DNA from: Octopus sinensis
Taxonomy: Eukaryota
Assembly (NCBI RefSeq): GCF_006345805.1
Contig: NC_043002.1
Span: 17,608,001-17,672,000, forward strand
Length of the DNA: 64,000 bases
Reading direction: 5' to 3'
The notes under the pieces are model-generated. The model was given only the letters and a program-made list of their open reading frames with translations. It did no database searches and had not been told where the DNA came from. Shown here piece after piece: positions 51,470 to 64,000 of this stretch; position 1 is the first letter of the stretch; each line of letters starts with the position of its first letter. A program made the position numbers and the translations under genes.

Positions 51470-52410
51470 TCTGATTTCTTAATGTTCAGCCTAGAGCCTG
51501 AAAATCGCGGATGTTTTTCAGGGCTCTATCTACTGCTTCCAAAGTTCCCTTGTAAGCTATGGTGCACTCATCCCAGACGATTAGATGACACCTTTCAAGC
51601 ATCTTCCTCTGATCTGAGCTTTTGCTGATGTTGCATGAAGGCATTTCGGATGCTGCTAAATTGAGAGGGAGTTTAAAAGTCGAGTGTGCTGTCCTGCCAC
51701 CGGGTAACGAAATAGCTGCAATCCTAGAGGAAGCCACAGCTACTACGATGTCCTGGTGCTGCCTAACATTGCAAGGAGAAGCTTCGTAATAAATGTTTTC
51801 CTGTCCCTCCAAGAGCATCCAGGAAGAAGATTCGTCTCTCGCGTTGGCGTACACTGTTAAGAATAGTTCTGTAGGCCTGCAGCTGGTCCGGAAGTAATTT
51901 AGGCTCGTTTTCCACATTGTACTTTGAAAGCACTTCAGTGTCATAGCCTGTTTCACGAATGACAGCAGTGGGAAGGCTATTTGACCTTGACCTGAATGCT
52001 TGTGGCAGGCCATACGTGGACAATTTATTTCCACCCAGTACAGCAATTCTGTCTTCAATGTCAATGAGAGTTTTGTTGTAGACTTCATTTCTGATACCCT
52101 CCATGTCAAGATAGATCAGTTGAGCTTGCCGCTGAAAGTCTTCAGTCAGGTTGTCTCTGTATTTGAGCCATAGAGTGACAGGATCACACAGTTCACATGT
52201 CGGTGGTCAAAATTGTAAATAGTGCCCTGAGACGTGTAGGTGATTCTGATAAAGCAGCCTCTCCTAAATTTACATCCCATTGTGCACCATATTCTAACAG
52301 CCCTTGTCGATAGCAGGATTCTTGTATGTTGTGCAGACATGTCCATGAGCGGTGTTTAGGGCCTGAAAACACGTTGGCAATCTGAGCAGCAGTAGACAGA
52401 GGTAGAATCA
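51470..52410 (-). mobile_element. Helitron RepHel fragment (inter-domain region + PIF1-like helicase motifs I, Ia, II), frameshifted
   Basis: ESCYRQGLLE...EAALSESPTRLRALF, IFFLDALGGTGK (Walker A), VAVASSRIAAISLPGGRTAHSTFKLPL, LIVWDECT...LEAVDRAL. Confidence 0.9.
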
Positions 52411-52493
52411 CCAGCAGGGAATTTATATAGAATGTAGAATGAGTTTAAACAGGAACATTGAATCTGCTACATTCTATATAAATTCCCTACTGG
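52411..52493. repeat. 83-bp hairpin / MITE-like remnant with 27-bp inverted arms
   Basis: ccagcagggaatttatatagaatgtag ... ctacattctatataaattccctactgg (1 mismatch). Confidence 0.85.
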
Positions 52494-52629
52494 GAATGAC
52501 AAATTTTAAGAGAATCTTACATTGCTTATAAACTTTATATTTGGATGGACTCATATTAAACTCTGTTGCACTTTTGGATTTCACTCAAAGGATACTGGAA
52601 TAATACACATATATACAAGTATGCCTATA

Positions 52630-52880
52630 AAACGGATTTATGAGCTCAATAACCATACATAGCTTACATCTATTTTCTTTCCTCCACCTCACTCTCTATT
52701 TATATCACATCGAAACTAACTATGACTTAACTTTTCCTCTCACACCGTCTCCGACGAAGGGATATTATTATTAATTAATATTCTAGAAACAGATGTAAGA
52801 CCTTCTATCTATAAATGCTCTAATGTCTATACAGCCTTGGTGTTTTATCTCATTACGCAAAAAATTCATATATACACACG
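52630..52880 (+). mobile_element. pLTR-like repeat with decayed hammerhead (family b)
   Basis: gtct-CCGACGA-A-GGGATATTA..TAATATTCT-A-GAAAC-AGAT-GT-A-agac at 52747-52801; flanks homologous to 4985-5200. Confidence 0.7.
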
Positions 52881-53026
52881 CTGACATAAAACTAACGTTG
52901 AACCCTTTACTCGCAATATTACTGAATCTGGAACTTAACTACGGTCTGTCTATAGCACTTATTCAGCATTACCTGACACTTTTGGGTCTCATTGGCACCA
53001 TTATCTCATATAACCCTATATATATA

Positions 53027-53059
<33 letters not shown>

Positions 53060-53137
53060 CACTCATATATGGCTGTGCACACACACACATGCATTAAAAC
53101 ATGTATTAATAAATCCTATTAAATATTTCGAAGCCAA

Positions 53138-53168
<31 letters not shown>

Positions 53169-54399
53169 CTAAACCAGAACGAAAATCAAGAAGGCTTGTA
53201 TTTGCATAAAAGATCCTTAGCCGCATGCATACAATGTACCTTGAGTCAAAACTCTCAGTTTTCCTATTATACATGCACGGAATGCTACATAAATGCTCAC
53301 ATCTCAGATATAGTCATTCCGGGTGTATTCCTATATTTCGATAGTCGATAACTGGTAAAATGACTGAATATAATAACAAAAAAGATTATCCGTTTGCGCA
53401 AATATTTTAATTCATAATACTAAAACAAATGTTATGCTGTTAGAGATATTTGGCTTGCAACCATAAGTTCATGAATTCTATTTCCCGAATGGGCGGCGTG
53501 TTCTACCCTTGAAGAATGTGCTTGATTTCAAGTGCTTTGAAATTTGTTCAGCTGCAAATAAATACCAGACTGATATTTTTTGTCAGACTGATATTTTTGT
53601 CATTTTCCGACAAAAGTTTTAAATCTATATTATACGTATTACAGATATAGAGATATTTATCTTCACTTTATGCCGCTTACATAAACATGATAATACTTTT
53701 CATGTTCTACAGAGATGATAAAACGCAGCTGCTGCCATAATATGCAATAAACAGGATTTCACTCTATACATAATTTATCATTCCCTAATTAGTAATTAAC
53801 TCGCGATCGAAATTACTTCTTCTCATGTCCCTTAGGGTAATACGAACACCCAGGTTGAGTTTCAGACATTCTACTTGAGAACCAAAGCTAACAAAATTAC
53901 TTTACCACTATTTAAGCATTTATCGCATGCGGGTGTATTTTCAAATATAACTACGTAATCTTATTTGTGAATCTGTGCTAACATCATTTCACATTCAATC
54001 AATTCAAGAATGTCCGCTATTAATATAATCACAGCATTATAAGAAGCAATAGAAAGAGAGTAGACTAAACTGTAAAATGAAACAATCAGATTATTATTGT
54101 AATCAACATCATTGTTTCTACGTTCCGATCGCATTTATTTCATTTTCATTTGATTGACTTTTAGTACGGTTTCATTAACAATAAAAATATCCCCAAAAGA
54201 AGTTTAAACTGATAGTTTAATCAATAACGGCTGCAAACCATACTTCTATTGTTCAATAAGAAACGAAACAACGTCACTCATCCAGTTGAAATTCTCACAC
54301 CCACGTGCATCTACAAGAGGTATGTCTCGGAGTGTTTCTATTGTGTGTGTGTGTGAGTGTGTGTGTGTGTGAATAAATTTCTATACAAACTTGCATCGT

Positions 54400-54650
54400 C
54401 ACTATCAGTAATATCTTGTCTCAAAGAACTATTTTAAAGGGACTTGTGTGTCAAAAGACCCAGGGCTCCACCAGAATGTCGTCGGGTATCAGAATAAACT
54501 GTTTTGATGATATTTGGCCTCCTCACTGTTATTCTAAGACAGACCGAAAACTGGTTGTTCCGTTATGCAATTCAGTAAACAATCATCTAGAATGGACCAA
54601 GGGGAGTAGGATGACACACGAGGACGGAAAGTGTCACTGAAGCGGTCACA
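54400..54650 (+). mobile_element. Possible decayed Tc1/mariner (maT-like) fragment
   Basis: Only DDIWPPH (resembling IWPPNSPD) is recognisable. Confidence 0.3.
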
Positions 54651-55754
54651 GATGTGTGACGAATGATTTCCAGACATCTATTAATTTGTACGAAAAATAG
54701 CCAGTGTAGATTTCGTTTAGTATATGTACATGAAACTGTATTAGATTAAATTTTCGATGTGTATAACATTCAAATTTTATAAACAAACATGAAAGAGCTC
54801 TCGGAATATTTTGTCTCAGAATATTATCTGAGACTTTTGGATTAAAAGAGATAGGAGGAATCGGCGTCGCAACGTAATCAGGAGACATGTGTGTCATATT
54901 CCGAATTCATTTATATTGCTGCCTACACCAAACCCCAATCCATTTCGGGGATCCCTACTCAATAACACGATTTCTCATTTTACACTTGTTAATTTGTTTT
55001 TAATTCTAATTTATAGCAACAGAAGCAGGATTACTACCTAAAAGTAACATTTAATCCCACTTAAAATTGGATCTTTCGTTAAAACACAGAATACTGCGAT
55101 AGACACCATGAGAGAACCTCTAACATGGTTTTACGCTGCATAAAAATAATCTTGTTTACATCGCTAGCGTGAGACAATCACCGCCATTGCTACTGCAAGC
55201 CTACCAGTTCACGTGATCTTGGCATCCTTGGATTTGTCAATAATAGACGCGTGGCCGCTAGAAGTAGTTGCTACTACGCTGCTAGCGATATAAATAACTG
55301 TGCTTATATACAACACAAAACCATAAGATGGGATCATGTGGTAATAATCACAGTATTCTGTGTCCTAAAACGTCATTATTCACGTCGTTGATTTCATTGA
55401 TCTTATTGATTCTGTTGTCTTATTGATGAGAATTGCATAGCAAAGATTTATATTTAAATTGTGACCGATAATTTTGGTTTATGTTCTGTGAAGTGAAGTG
55501 ATTTTAAAATTAAACTCCGGCTATTTCAATTTTATGGTTTTGTATAGACATTGTGTACATCTTATGGACAATTTTTTTTTTACTTTTCTTTACAATTTCC
55601 GTTTTTCTTAAATCTTAAATTCTTCACTGCTTTAACCGCAGTCACTAGAAATAGTAGAAAGAAGACTCTTCGACTATGACGACATCTAGATAATATAATT
55701 TCTTCATCAGCATCTTTATATCAATCAACATGATTTTATTGTCAGTACTAACAT

Positions 55755-55990
55755 TTACGTAGGGTGACCGTAGTGGTGGGGAGGATGGTGTGTCGAAGTG
55801 TCACTGTTCGGTAGAACAATTGCTACTTGAAAATCGCCAGTTACTGTACAAGAGCCACGAAAGAAATTTAACAAGTTTCTCTGGAGGAGAAACGTCCAGA
55901 TCAAAATGTACCCCGAATGCTCACCCGGTGCAACGTCGTGACTGCTGATTTGGCTACGTGCCAAGAGATCTTCGAAATGGCTTTCAGGAG
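55755..55990 (+). mobile_element. Mariner transposase fragment (HTH/linker), cut off by the next mariner
   Basis: VEQLLLENRQ and VPRMLT (WVPxxL motif). Confidence 0.6.
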
Positions 55991-55992
55991 AA

Positions 55993-56973
55993 AAGAGGCT
56001 TGCTCATCAAAATGTTGCCGGACTAGTTATGTTTAATAAAAAAAAATATTTTCCTAAGTTTGAACATCATCTCATTCGAAATATTCACCTTGCGTAACAA
56101 TATACCAGTCCCAGCGTTCCTGCCGCTTTTGGAATCCAACCTAGAGGTTGTTTTGCGTAAGCGAGTCGAAATCCTTCTGCGATTCGTTCTTGATCCCGAC
56201 AACGATGTTAAAACGGCGATCTTTGAGTTGTATTTTCAAAATCTGGCGAATTCGGTTGCGGAAGTGATACCATGTTGTTTTGGCGAGTGAGGAGGGCTCA
56301 GTGAAGAATCCAATTCTTCGCTCTCTTCAGATCCGATCACTTTTGCCAAATGTCATCCGTCAAACGCTTCGCAGCGGTCTGGCCCCGGGTGGATGAATTC
56401 TCGATGCACGATATCGCGTATGTCGAAAAGAAAATGATTAGAAATCTCTGATGTGTTGGCAGCCTTTAAAATGCCCGCGCCACTCGAAACATTGCAGTGA
56501 CCCATTGCCTCATAGCCGTAATCTTGCCGAAGCATGCTCGTCTCTGTAGCAGACCTCCCATGTTTAACGCAAAATTCTTTGTTGCCAGTGTATACTACAG
56601 TATACACGTGATAAAAAAAAACGCAAATTTCACAACTTTCGAAGGAAAGTTGTCAGCCTTTAAAATGCCCGGGCCACTCGAAACATTGCAGTGACCCATT
56701 GCCTCATAGCCGTAATCTTGCCGAAGCGTGCTCGTCTCTGTAGCAGACCTCCCAAGTTTAACGCAAAATTCTTTGTTGCCAGTGTATACTACAGTATACA
56801 CGTGATAAAAAAAAAAACGCAAATTTCACAACTTTCGAAGGAAAGACAACAATGTCTCTCGGCATAATGCCTCATGAAGAGCACCGCTAGCTCTCAATGC
56901 GCACGCAACCGTGTAATGCACTCTGTCGGCCTGCTACATAACTAGGCTGGGAACTTTTTGATACCACCTCGTA
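55993..56973 (-). mobile_element. Internally deleted mariner with TIRs and a 194-bp internal tandem duplication
   Basis: 5' TIR TACGAGGTGGTATCAAAAAGTTCCCAGCC (56973-56945); FCVKLGRSATET..LRQDYGYEAMG, FDIRDIVHREF, RWDWYIVTQGEYFE*; duplicate at 56460-56649 / 56654-56845. Confidence 0.85.
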
Positions 56974-58559
56974 AATGCGTTACCATCCTCATCACGGCAA
57001 CCAAATTTTGTGTCACACGAGAAATTAAAGTTCTCTTCAAATATCTGGAATGGACGCATTTCATTCTTCCATATAAAATCCAGGTCTTGATATTCATCAT
57101 ATATTTTAGTCTACGACTAATAAAGTTGAACGAGTGGAATTTGCTAATACCATTGAATATGTAGTGTATGATATGATAAGTAATTGTTGGAGATTGATAT
57201 TACGCAATACCAATATGAAAGTTACATCCAGGATACTTCCGAAATGTGAAAGGAATTTCCGATTGTTGTACAACAGAGGATATTGAACAAGGTTCTGGAT
57301 AGAATATACAATGCAATCGTCAATCAGCTTGGCTTTGTTGAAGAATAGTGAAGGTTTATATGCTAAACATTTGGTCGCATATACCATCTGAGCCACTTAG
57401 TTACAAAACAGAAGGAAACGTGAGAAAAGCTCAGCATTGCCCGCATCACTGCTTCATCAGTAAGAATTACAATACCGCCAACTACAGGAAAATGAACAAG
57501 GAAAAGTAGTTGTAGTAGTAACATCAATATGGCCATCATTGTAAAATACCACCACCACAACAACAACCATGCCTTACTGGGTTCTGTTTGTTCTTATTTG
57601 TTGTTTATTTTTTGTGTTATTAGTTGTTTATTTCATTAAATATTTTTATTGCTCACTTCCATGTTACCTGGACAATTTTCTTGTTTTCTTTTGAATTTTG
57701 CCTTCATCACTGATATATTTGACTGTTTTAAACAATGACTAAGATCATTCACATCATCATCATCATCATCATAATTATCATCACCATCATCGTTGTCGTC
57801 ATTACCATCAATATAATTATAATTATTATCGTTATTATTATATTTAAGCGGCAAGCTAAAAGCATACTTAGCACAATGACCAAATCTTAGCTGTATTCCT
57901 TTTAGCTCTTAGTATTGTTAGCTCAAGTCCCCATCTTTCATCTGTTGATATAAAAGAGCTCTCCAATCAAAATTGCTGGCCGTGTACCAAAGGATCAAAT
58001 AATTGGTATTAGCATGTGACACTGTATTAGTGCTGAGCTATGCGCAGGTATTTATTTGCTTTCTCTATGAATGCCAAGTTTGCTCTTGATCCTTTAGATA
58101 TCGATAAAATAAACTACTAGTCAAGTAATATGATCGATAATTTCAACTAACCACTTCACCTACAGTTCACCGTTTCTCTCAATGCTTAGTTATGTTATTG
58201 TAGACCATGAGTTTACATTATTGTTGATTTCGCTTTTGTATGTAAACTCTTATTGCCTATTTGAACTGGTTATATAATTTCGTATATATTTCTTATATTT
58301 TTCGTTGAATATTCCGAATTCTAATAATTTTGAGATATATTCAAAGTAACAATGGGTGTCATATTTTTGTAATATTATGACATGTGATTAGATAGGAATT
58401 TAGCTTTCACTCACATATATTTCATTTGCCTAACACGAAATACATCGCCTACGCTCACATATTTCAAATATCATTGCTATATATTTCCGTTTGTAACATA
58501 CTTTTATGGAGAAACGCAAACAATGAAGTATCGCCATCTTTATTTCAGTACTGTAAGAT

Positions 58560-58652
58560 ATACATACATATATGTTCATATGAATAAATATATATATATT
58601 ATATATTATATATATGTATATACCATAGATAAGTTTGGATTTTATTCCCTCA

Positions 58653-58721
<69 letters not shown>

Positions 58722-59105
58722 TATATTTGTCTAAGTAAACAAACGGCAAATAGTTTATTACAAATACGGTGTGAATTTCATGCATTCATATGTATATTGC
58801 AAGATCTGTATTTCAAATTTGAACTTTGCTATTATTTCATTCTTTCAATATTAAGCTTCTGTTTTTGCAAAATCCATTATTCTGGGATAAAAGGAAATAG
58901 GATTTGAATGTTTACGACACTCTCTAGAAATCCATTGTGTCTATGTCCATTATGTGTTTATGCACAGTGAATATAATGCACTGTAATATACAATACATCA
59001 ACAGAAAATACTAAGACGTGATTTCGAAAGGAAATTCAATAAAGAAAAATTGCATAAAGTTTCATACATATTGAAAGGCAGGTATGTATGTATTCATATA
59101 TATAT

Positions 59106-59143
<38 letters not shown>

Positions 59144-59375
59144 AGCGTAAATTACTAAATATATATAACATTTATATATACACGTTGTTATATGGATACA
59201 TTTATGTCTTGGTGAGTGTCTATATACCATATATACATGTATGCATACATATGAAAGTACGTGTGCTATACGACATGCAATATATATGTGTGTATATATG
59301 TATGTATATATGCATGTATAAATCTATGTGTGTGGGTGAATATATACACAGGTGCAATACGTATATTTGTATATA

Positions 59376-59416
<41 letters not shown>

Positions 59417-59420
59417 ATGC
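58560..59420. repeat. (TA)n-rich microsatellite cluster
   Basis: Direct reading (tracts at about 58560-58725, 59085-59185 and 59365-59415). Confidence 0.9.
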
Positions 59421-62400
59421 ATATAATATAATAGAACGAATAAATGTACATACTGATGCACACATGTCCCTCTCTCTCTTTATATATATATTCATATACA
59501 CACACACATATGTATGTATATCTATACATATATATAATATATGTACGTATGTGTGTTTGTGTGCGTTTGTTTTTATATGTGTAGTTGTGTATTTGTGTAT
59601 GCGTAAGTATATATAGACATAGATATTTGTATTTCCACATACATGCATATATACACAGACGCATACTGATACATTTGCATATAGAAACACACAATTACAC
59701 GCATACAATACTTGTGCACATAAATATATAGACACATACATATGGATGAGGAAAATATTCTGCACGATCCATGTATTTACATAGTAGTTTATTACCAAAA
59801 TCCTAACTTTAATAACGTCGACTTTTAACATTTACTTTACAGAAGCGTAAATAAGCCATAAAAACACCTGAAATGGTATATGGAAGGCATTATATTATGG
59901 AATTGAATTCATGTAGAAAGTTTAGCATTCAGCATGTGTTTTGGTAAATGCTTTCAAAGGCAATCTATGTGACGGACATGACCATAAGCCAAGTAATCAC
60001 TCGCCTGAGAATATTTTCATTTTCGTTGAAACTTAAGCTCATTTTCGCAATCTTACGCAGAATATTTCTACAATAAAACTTTCCAATAGATTCCATAGAA
60101 CATTAGGTTGCAGAGAAAAACCGCAATATCTCCACGTAGTAAATCACGTTATTTAGTCCGAATGATTCTGTATGGCTTTTTTTTTTTTTTAAGTGGAACA
60201 TATATGCATATATCTATATAGCTATTCGTGATTTCGAAAGAGACGATATACAATAAAATACCAAAAGTGTAGCTAATATTCTGAATTTCTGCTGTTTATT
60301 AAAATCATTTTCCCTACCTTAAACCACATAGAACGTTTACCTCAAATTTCGAGATTGTCGTAAACATAGAAAATCTTATTACCTTTCTTCCCAAATGATA
60401 GAAGTCGCCTAAAAAAGACGCTATACTGTGCCAATAATACATGAAGTTCAAATTTTAGCAGGAAATTGTAGACAGCTCTCCCCTCTAATAACAATTTTAC
60501 GTCTAAAGAGAGAACGCTTAGACTTCATGATACATGTAATATCCAAATAAATCAAGAAGTATATTTCCAGTTAGTCCTATAATAACTCATGCAATAACAA
60601 TGGTTCAACTAGATATAGTATGTACAAATATTACAGTGTAATGGCATTGGTGACAGGCGTGCTGGATGAAAGTCTAATCTTGTCAAACCGAATTATATTT
60701 GATCTCGATTGAATATTACAATATTTTCACTACGACCCTCCATGGGTTATATAAACCTGACAACGAGGTATAAATCTACAAACTGCGAACAACAGAACAA
60801 AACTAATAGATCGGTTACTGCACTATGCAGTATTACAGCTTCATTAATAATCTTACCTAATTAGCATTTTTGTACTCCTCCATTTAAATTAAATTATTTT
60901 CGGTAATTGTTTTTTTCCCGCCATGGAATTAAATTATTCATATTCTAAATTTCATCTGCTTATCTCGAATCAACTTTCAATTATAATTACTGAAATTCAC
61001 ACTTTATACCTTGCATCACACAACAAACATTTTACAAGCTTATCGCTCGTAACATTTCGCGATAAACCTCAACTTCACACAGATAATACGAAAGCTATTG
61101 TTGTACCTGCAGCAAATTTAATTTAAAGACTGTAATATTGGAAGGTTAACACCCTATTATCTCAGATAATTTGACTTTAATGAGTTAAAAGAATTTGAAA
61201 AAAATATTCATTAGAAAGTATGCTTTGCTATTTCCTACATTTCGGTTTATTTATTTCCAATCCTGTAGATTTCACACTGTGATGACACTTGTCTTCTAAA
61301 AAAAGATTAAGATTGAAGTATTCTGAAATATAGGTATAGCAGAGGAAATAGAGTGAAAAATCTACATATTCAGTGAATTGCTATATATAACAATCACATT
61401 TGAACACACATGTCTTTGTAAGTAAAATACGTAAAGCGTTCGTTTTTTAGTACGCAAACTAAAACAAGACTTGGCTCCTCATCTATATGTGCTACTTTTG
61501 TTGTAGTTGTTGTTGTTGCATCTGATGCAATTTCTCTTCCCACTTCTTTTTATTGATAGACACTTTTTCTTTTTTTCACGTCATTAATTTCTGACTTTCT
61601 GACGTGTATGAGAGCAGAGAAGCCTTCACTGAAAGAAAACTAGGAAGTAGTGGGCGTACGTGAAATACAGCTGAAAAAGTATAAGCACCTGGCATCGACA
61701 AATAGGATGATTAAAAAAATAGTTGGAAAATGTTATTTAAAAGTCTGAAGCGTAACACAGATTCTGATGAGGATTTAATTTCAATGCTAAAATATTAATG
61801 TTTTTTCGTTGACAAAATAAATATTGTCGTTACTAAGAAAGATATAGAACTTGGAAGCTTATAAAGTGTGTTTTCGGACTAAATATAACAGTAGTCACTC
61901 TTGTGAGTTTATTGGAGTTAGATTGTCATAGTGTGTCTCTGCTGCCACCATCCTTCGTAGGTTCTCTTATTTTTTTCAGTTCGCGAACTTATTCTCCTGC
62001 TTTTATTCGACCTGAAGATATATTAGCAAATAGTTTAAGAATTGAATGTGTTGTGGAAATGGATTCAAAACTACCAAGTAGTCTTACCCACTCGCATATT
62101 TATGACCAGTCGCAATCAGTTATTAATCTAAACACACAAATAATGACATATTGTTACACTGGATTAACCACGTTATATTAAACCTTTAACTATTTATGTT
62201 AGAGATCAGTAATCATAGTTCCAATGCAAAAAAGACATTTAACTCATTACATCGCAACTAGACTTTAATTATCTCTTTTTTTTCTGCATAAAACTGCTGT
62301 AACAGATCATAGCGTGCTTCTTTTCCGTTTGTTTGTGTCTTGTAATTTCGAAATAACATTGTTGGTCACGAAAGTCCAAAATCGTATAATTTCATGAAAT

Positions 62401-62969
62401 ATACATGACACTATTATTTCTTTTACGATGTTTCATTTTTTCAAATGCATGCACAGCAGTAATAGAATCGTCGCCTATCAGAGTTTACATCATTAAACTA
62501 TGTGGCTATTGACTAGCATATGGTCGTGATAATATAAATTATTTCTATTACTTTTAGACATCAGCACGTCACGATCGCTTCAGAAAAAATAATTATTGTC
62601 TAGTGACCAGGCATTCAACGGATGTAATTTATACAACCATGGTTATTTATTTGATATTGCCAACCTGTAATCGCGTTGCTAATATTTACTAATATTCCGA
62701 AATAATATTCTACATTAAATCTACTCAAGTAGCTTGTGAAAATAGCTATAACTTACGTATTTCTACGTAAGCTCAAACAGGCTTTCAGTGTGAGCGTGCA
62801 TGAATATGTGGGGAGAAGGATATTTTGGATGAAGTTATTGTTATATCTGTGCAATTGGGAATATGCTTAATCAGTGTGGTAGCTTGGAGCCTCTTCTAAC
62901 ACGGACTTTGTTTCCCTAATATTTTGTTATTGCTAAAGAAAAGCTATTTGGAAGACCGTCTTATATATA

Positions 62970-64000
62970 TTGGGTTTTCCGGAAAGTTCGGAGCGATTTT
63001 TAGCTAAATCTTTTCACGATTCATTGAACACCCCTGAAACGTAATGCCGTCAAAACTTTGGCGTTGCTTGAAGCGATAGTGCTTCTCTTCGTTGTTCCTA
63101 AACATAAATTTATCTTTTTTCCGGTTACCTATTTTTGACATTTGAAATGGATAGCCAAAAATTTCTTATTCGCATTATAATAATTTTGATTTTTAAATAA
63201 GGAGAAAATGCCGGAAAGACTTCCAGAATCGTTTGTGATGTTTATGGTACTGATGCTGTAGGTGAATTAACTGTTCAAAGGTGGTTTGCAAAATTTAAAG
63301 CTGAAGGGTTTAGCTAGGAAGATGTCAGTTGCAGTTGAAGACATTCAAAAATGAATGAACATGTTTTGAAGGCAAAAATCGAAGAAAACACAAACATCCC
63401 GACTAGAGAAGATGCAGAGGAGTTATAAGTTTCTAAAAGTACGGCTCATGAACACCTAGTGAAGCTAGGTTACTTTTCTCGCTATAATGTATGGGTCCCT
63501 CAGAAACTCTCAGAAAAGAAATGCTTGAACCGGTATTTCGTATGTGGTATGTTTTCGGAATGGAATGAAAGCATGCCTTTTTAAAACCAATCTTGATTGG
63601 CGATGAAAATGGATTGCATACAAAACGTATTGCGTGTTGACGTAAGGATACTCCAAAACAGCAACTACAGTAGAATATCCACGCGAAAAAAGCTATGTTT
63701 TGTGTTTGGCGGAATCATAAAGGCGTTATTTATTATGAGCTTCTCCCGCAAGACAGACCATTGATTCTGATGTGTAGTGTCATCAGCTATCTAATTTCAG
63801 CCAATGGATCAAAGAATCGATGCCGGACATAGCCAACAGATAAGGAGTAGTGTTGCAACAAGACACTGTGCCCTTGTCTATGGGAACAAATTACATGAAC
63901 TTGGCTGAAATCTCTTACCCCATCCACCATATTGTCCTTTTATTGCGCCATCCGACTACCAGTTGTTTTTTGTCTCTACAGACCTAATTGCAATGAAAAT
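62970..64000 (+). mobile_element. Mariner transposon (pseudogenised), running off the window end
   Basis: TA + ttgggttttccggaaagttcgg TIR-like start; ATG at 63147: MDSQKFLIR...VCDVYGTDAV...VQRWFAKFK, WVPQKL, IGDE, GVIYYELLP, HPPYCPFIAPSDY. Confidence 0.92.

Noticed and set aside
55130-55300. CpG-containing patch with E-box and short gctagcgat inverted words
   Set aside because: The motifs are too short to distinguish a promoter, a MITE remnant or chance.
57425-57470. Minus-strand CTGATGAAGCAGTGATGC hairpin resembling an HHR 5' half
   Set aside because: The GAAA half is replaced by GGGC and no stem III or cleavage triplet is recognisable. At best it is a very decayed copy.

Overview
AT-rich, microsatellite-saturated eukaryotic (animal) DNA that is probably intergenic or intronic. 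I recognised no host protein-coding exon, rRNA, genuine tRNA gene or CRISPR array. The repeat families look like those of an octopus (coleoid cephalopod); this is inference from recall, not a database check. The window is a transposon graveyard. It holds two large Penelope-like retroelements (PLEs; RT plus GIY-YIG) and a third internally deleted one, a Helitron helicase fragment, a Chapaev3-like transposase remnant, several Tc1/mariner remnants, CR1-like and RTE-like LINE fragments, and about 20 copies of three tRNA-derived SINE families. Almost all remaining ORFs in the track are translations of (TA)n, (CA)n or (CTA)n tracts. The most notable signal is RNA-level. At least five unrelated repeat families carry minimal type I hammerhead ribozyme (HHR) motifs, most with a short palindromic stem III. 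One family is an apparently very young, non-coding 552-bp tandem unit (11652-13160). It has intact HHRs, lies as two head-to-head arms of about 1.36 units each inside (TA)n, and fits a retrozyme-like or PLE pLTR-derived element copied from a circular or multimeric RNA.
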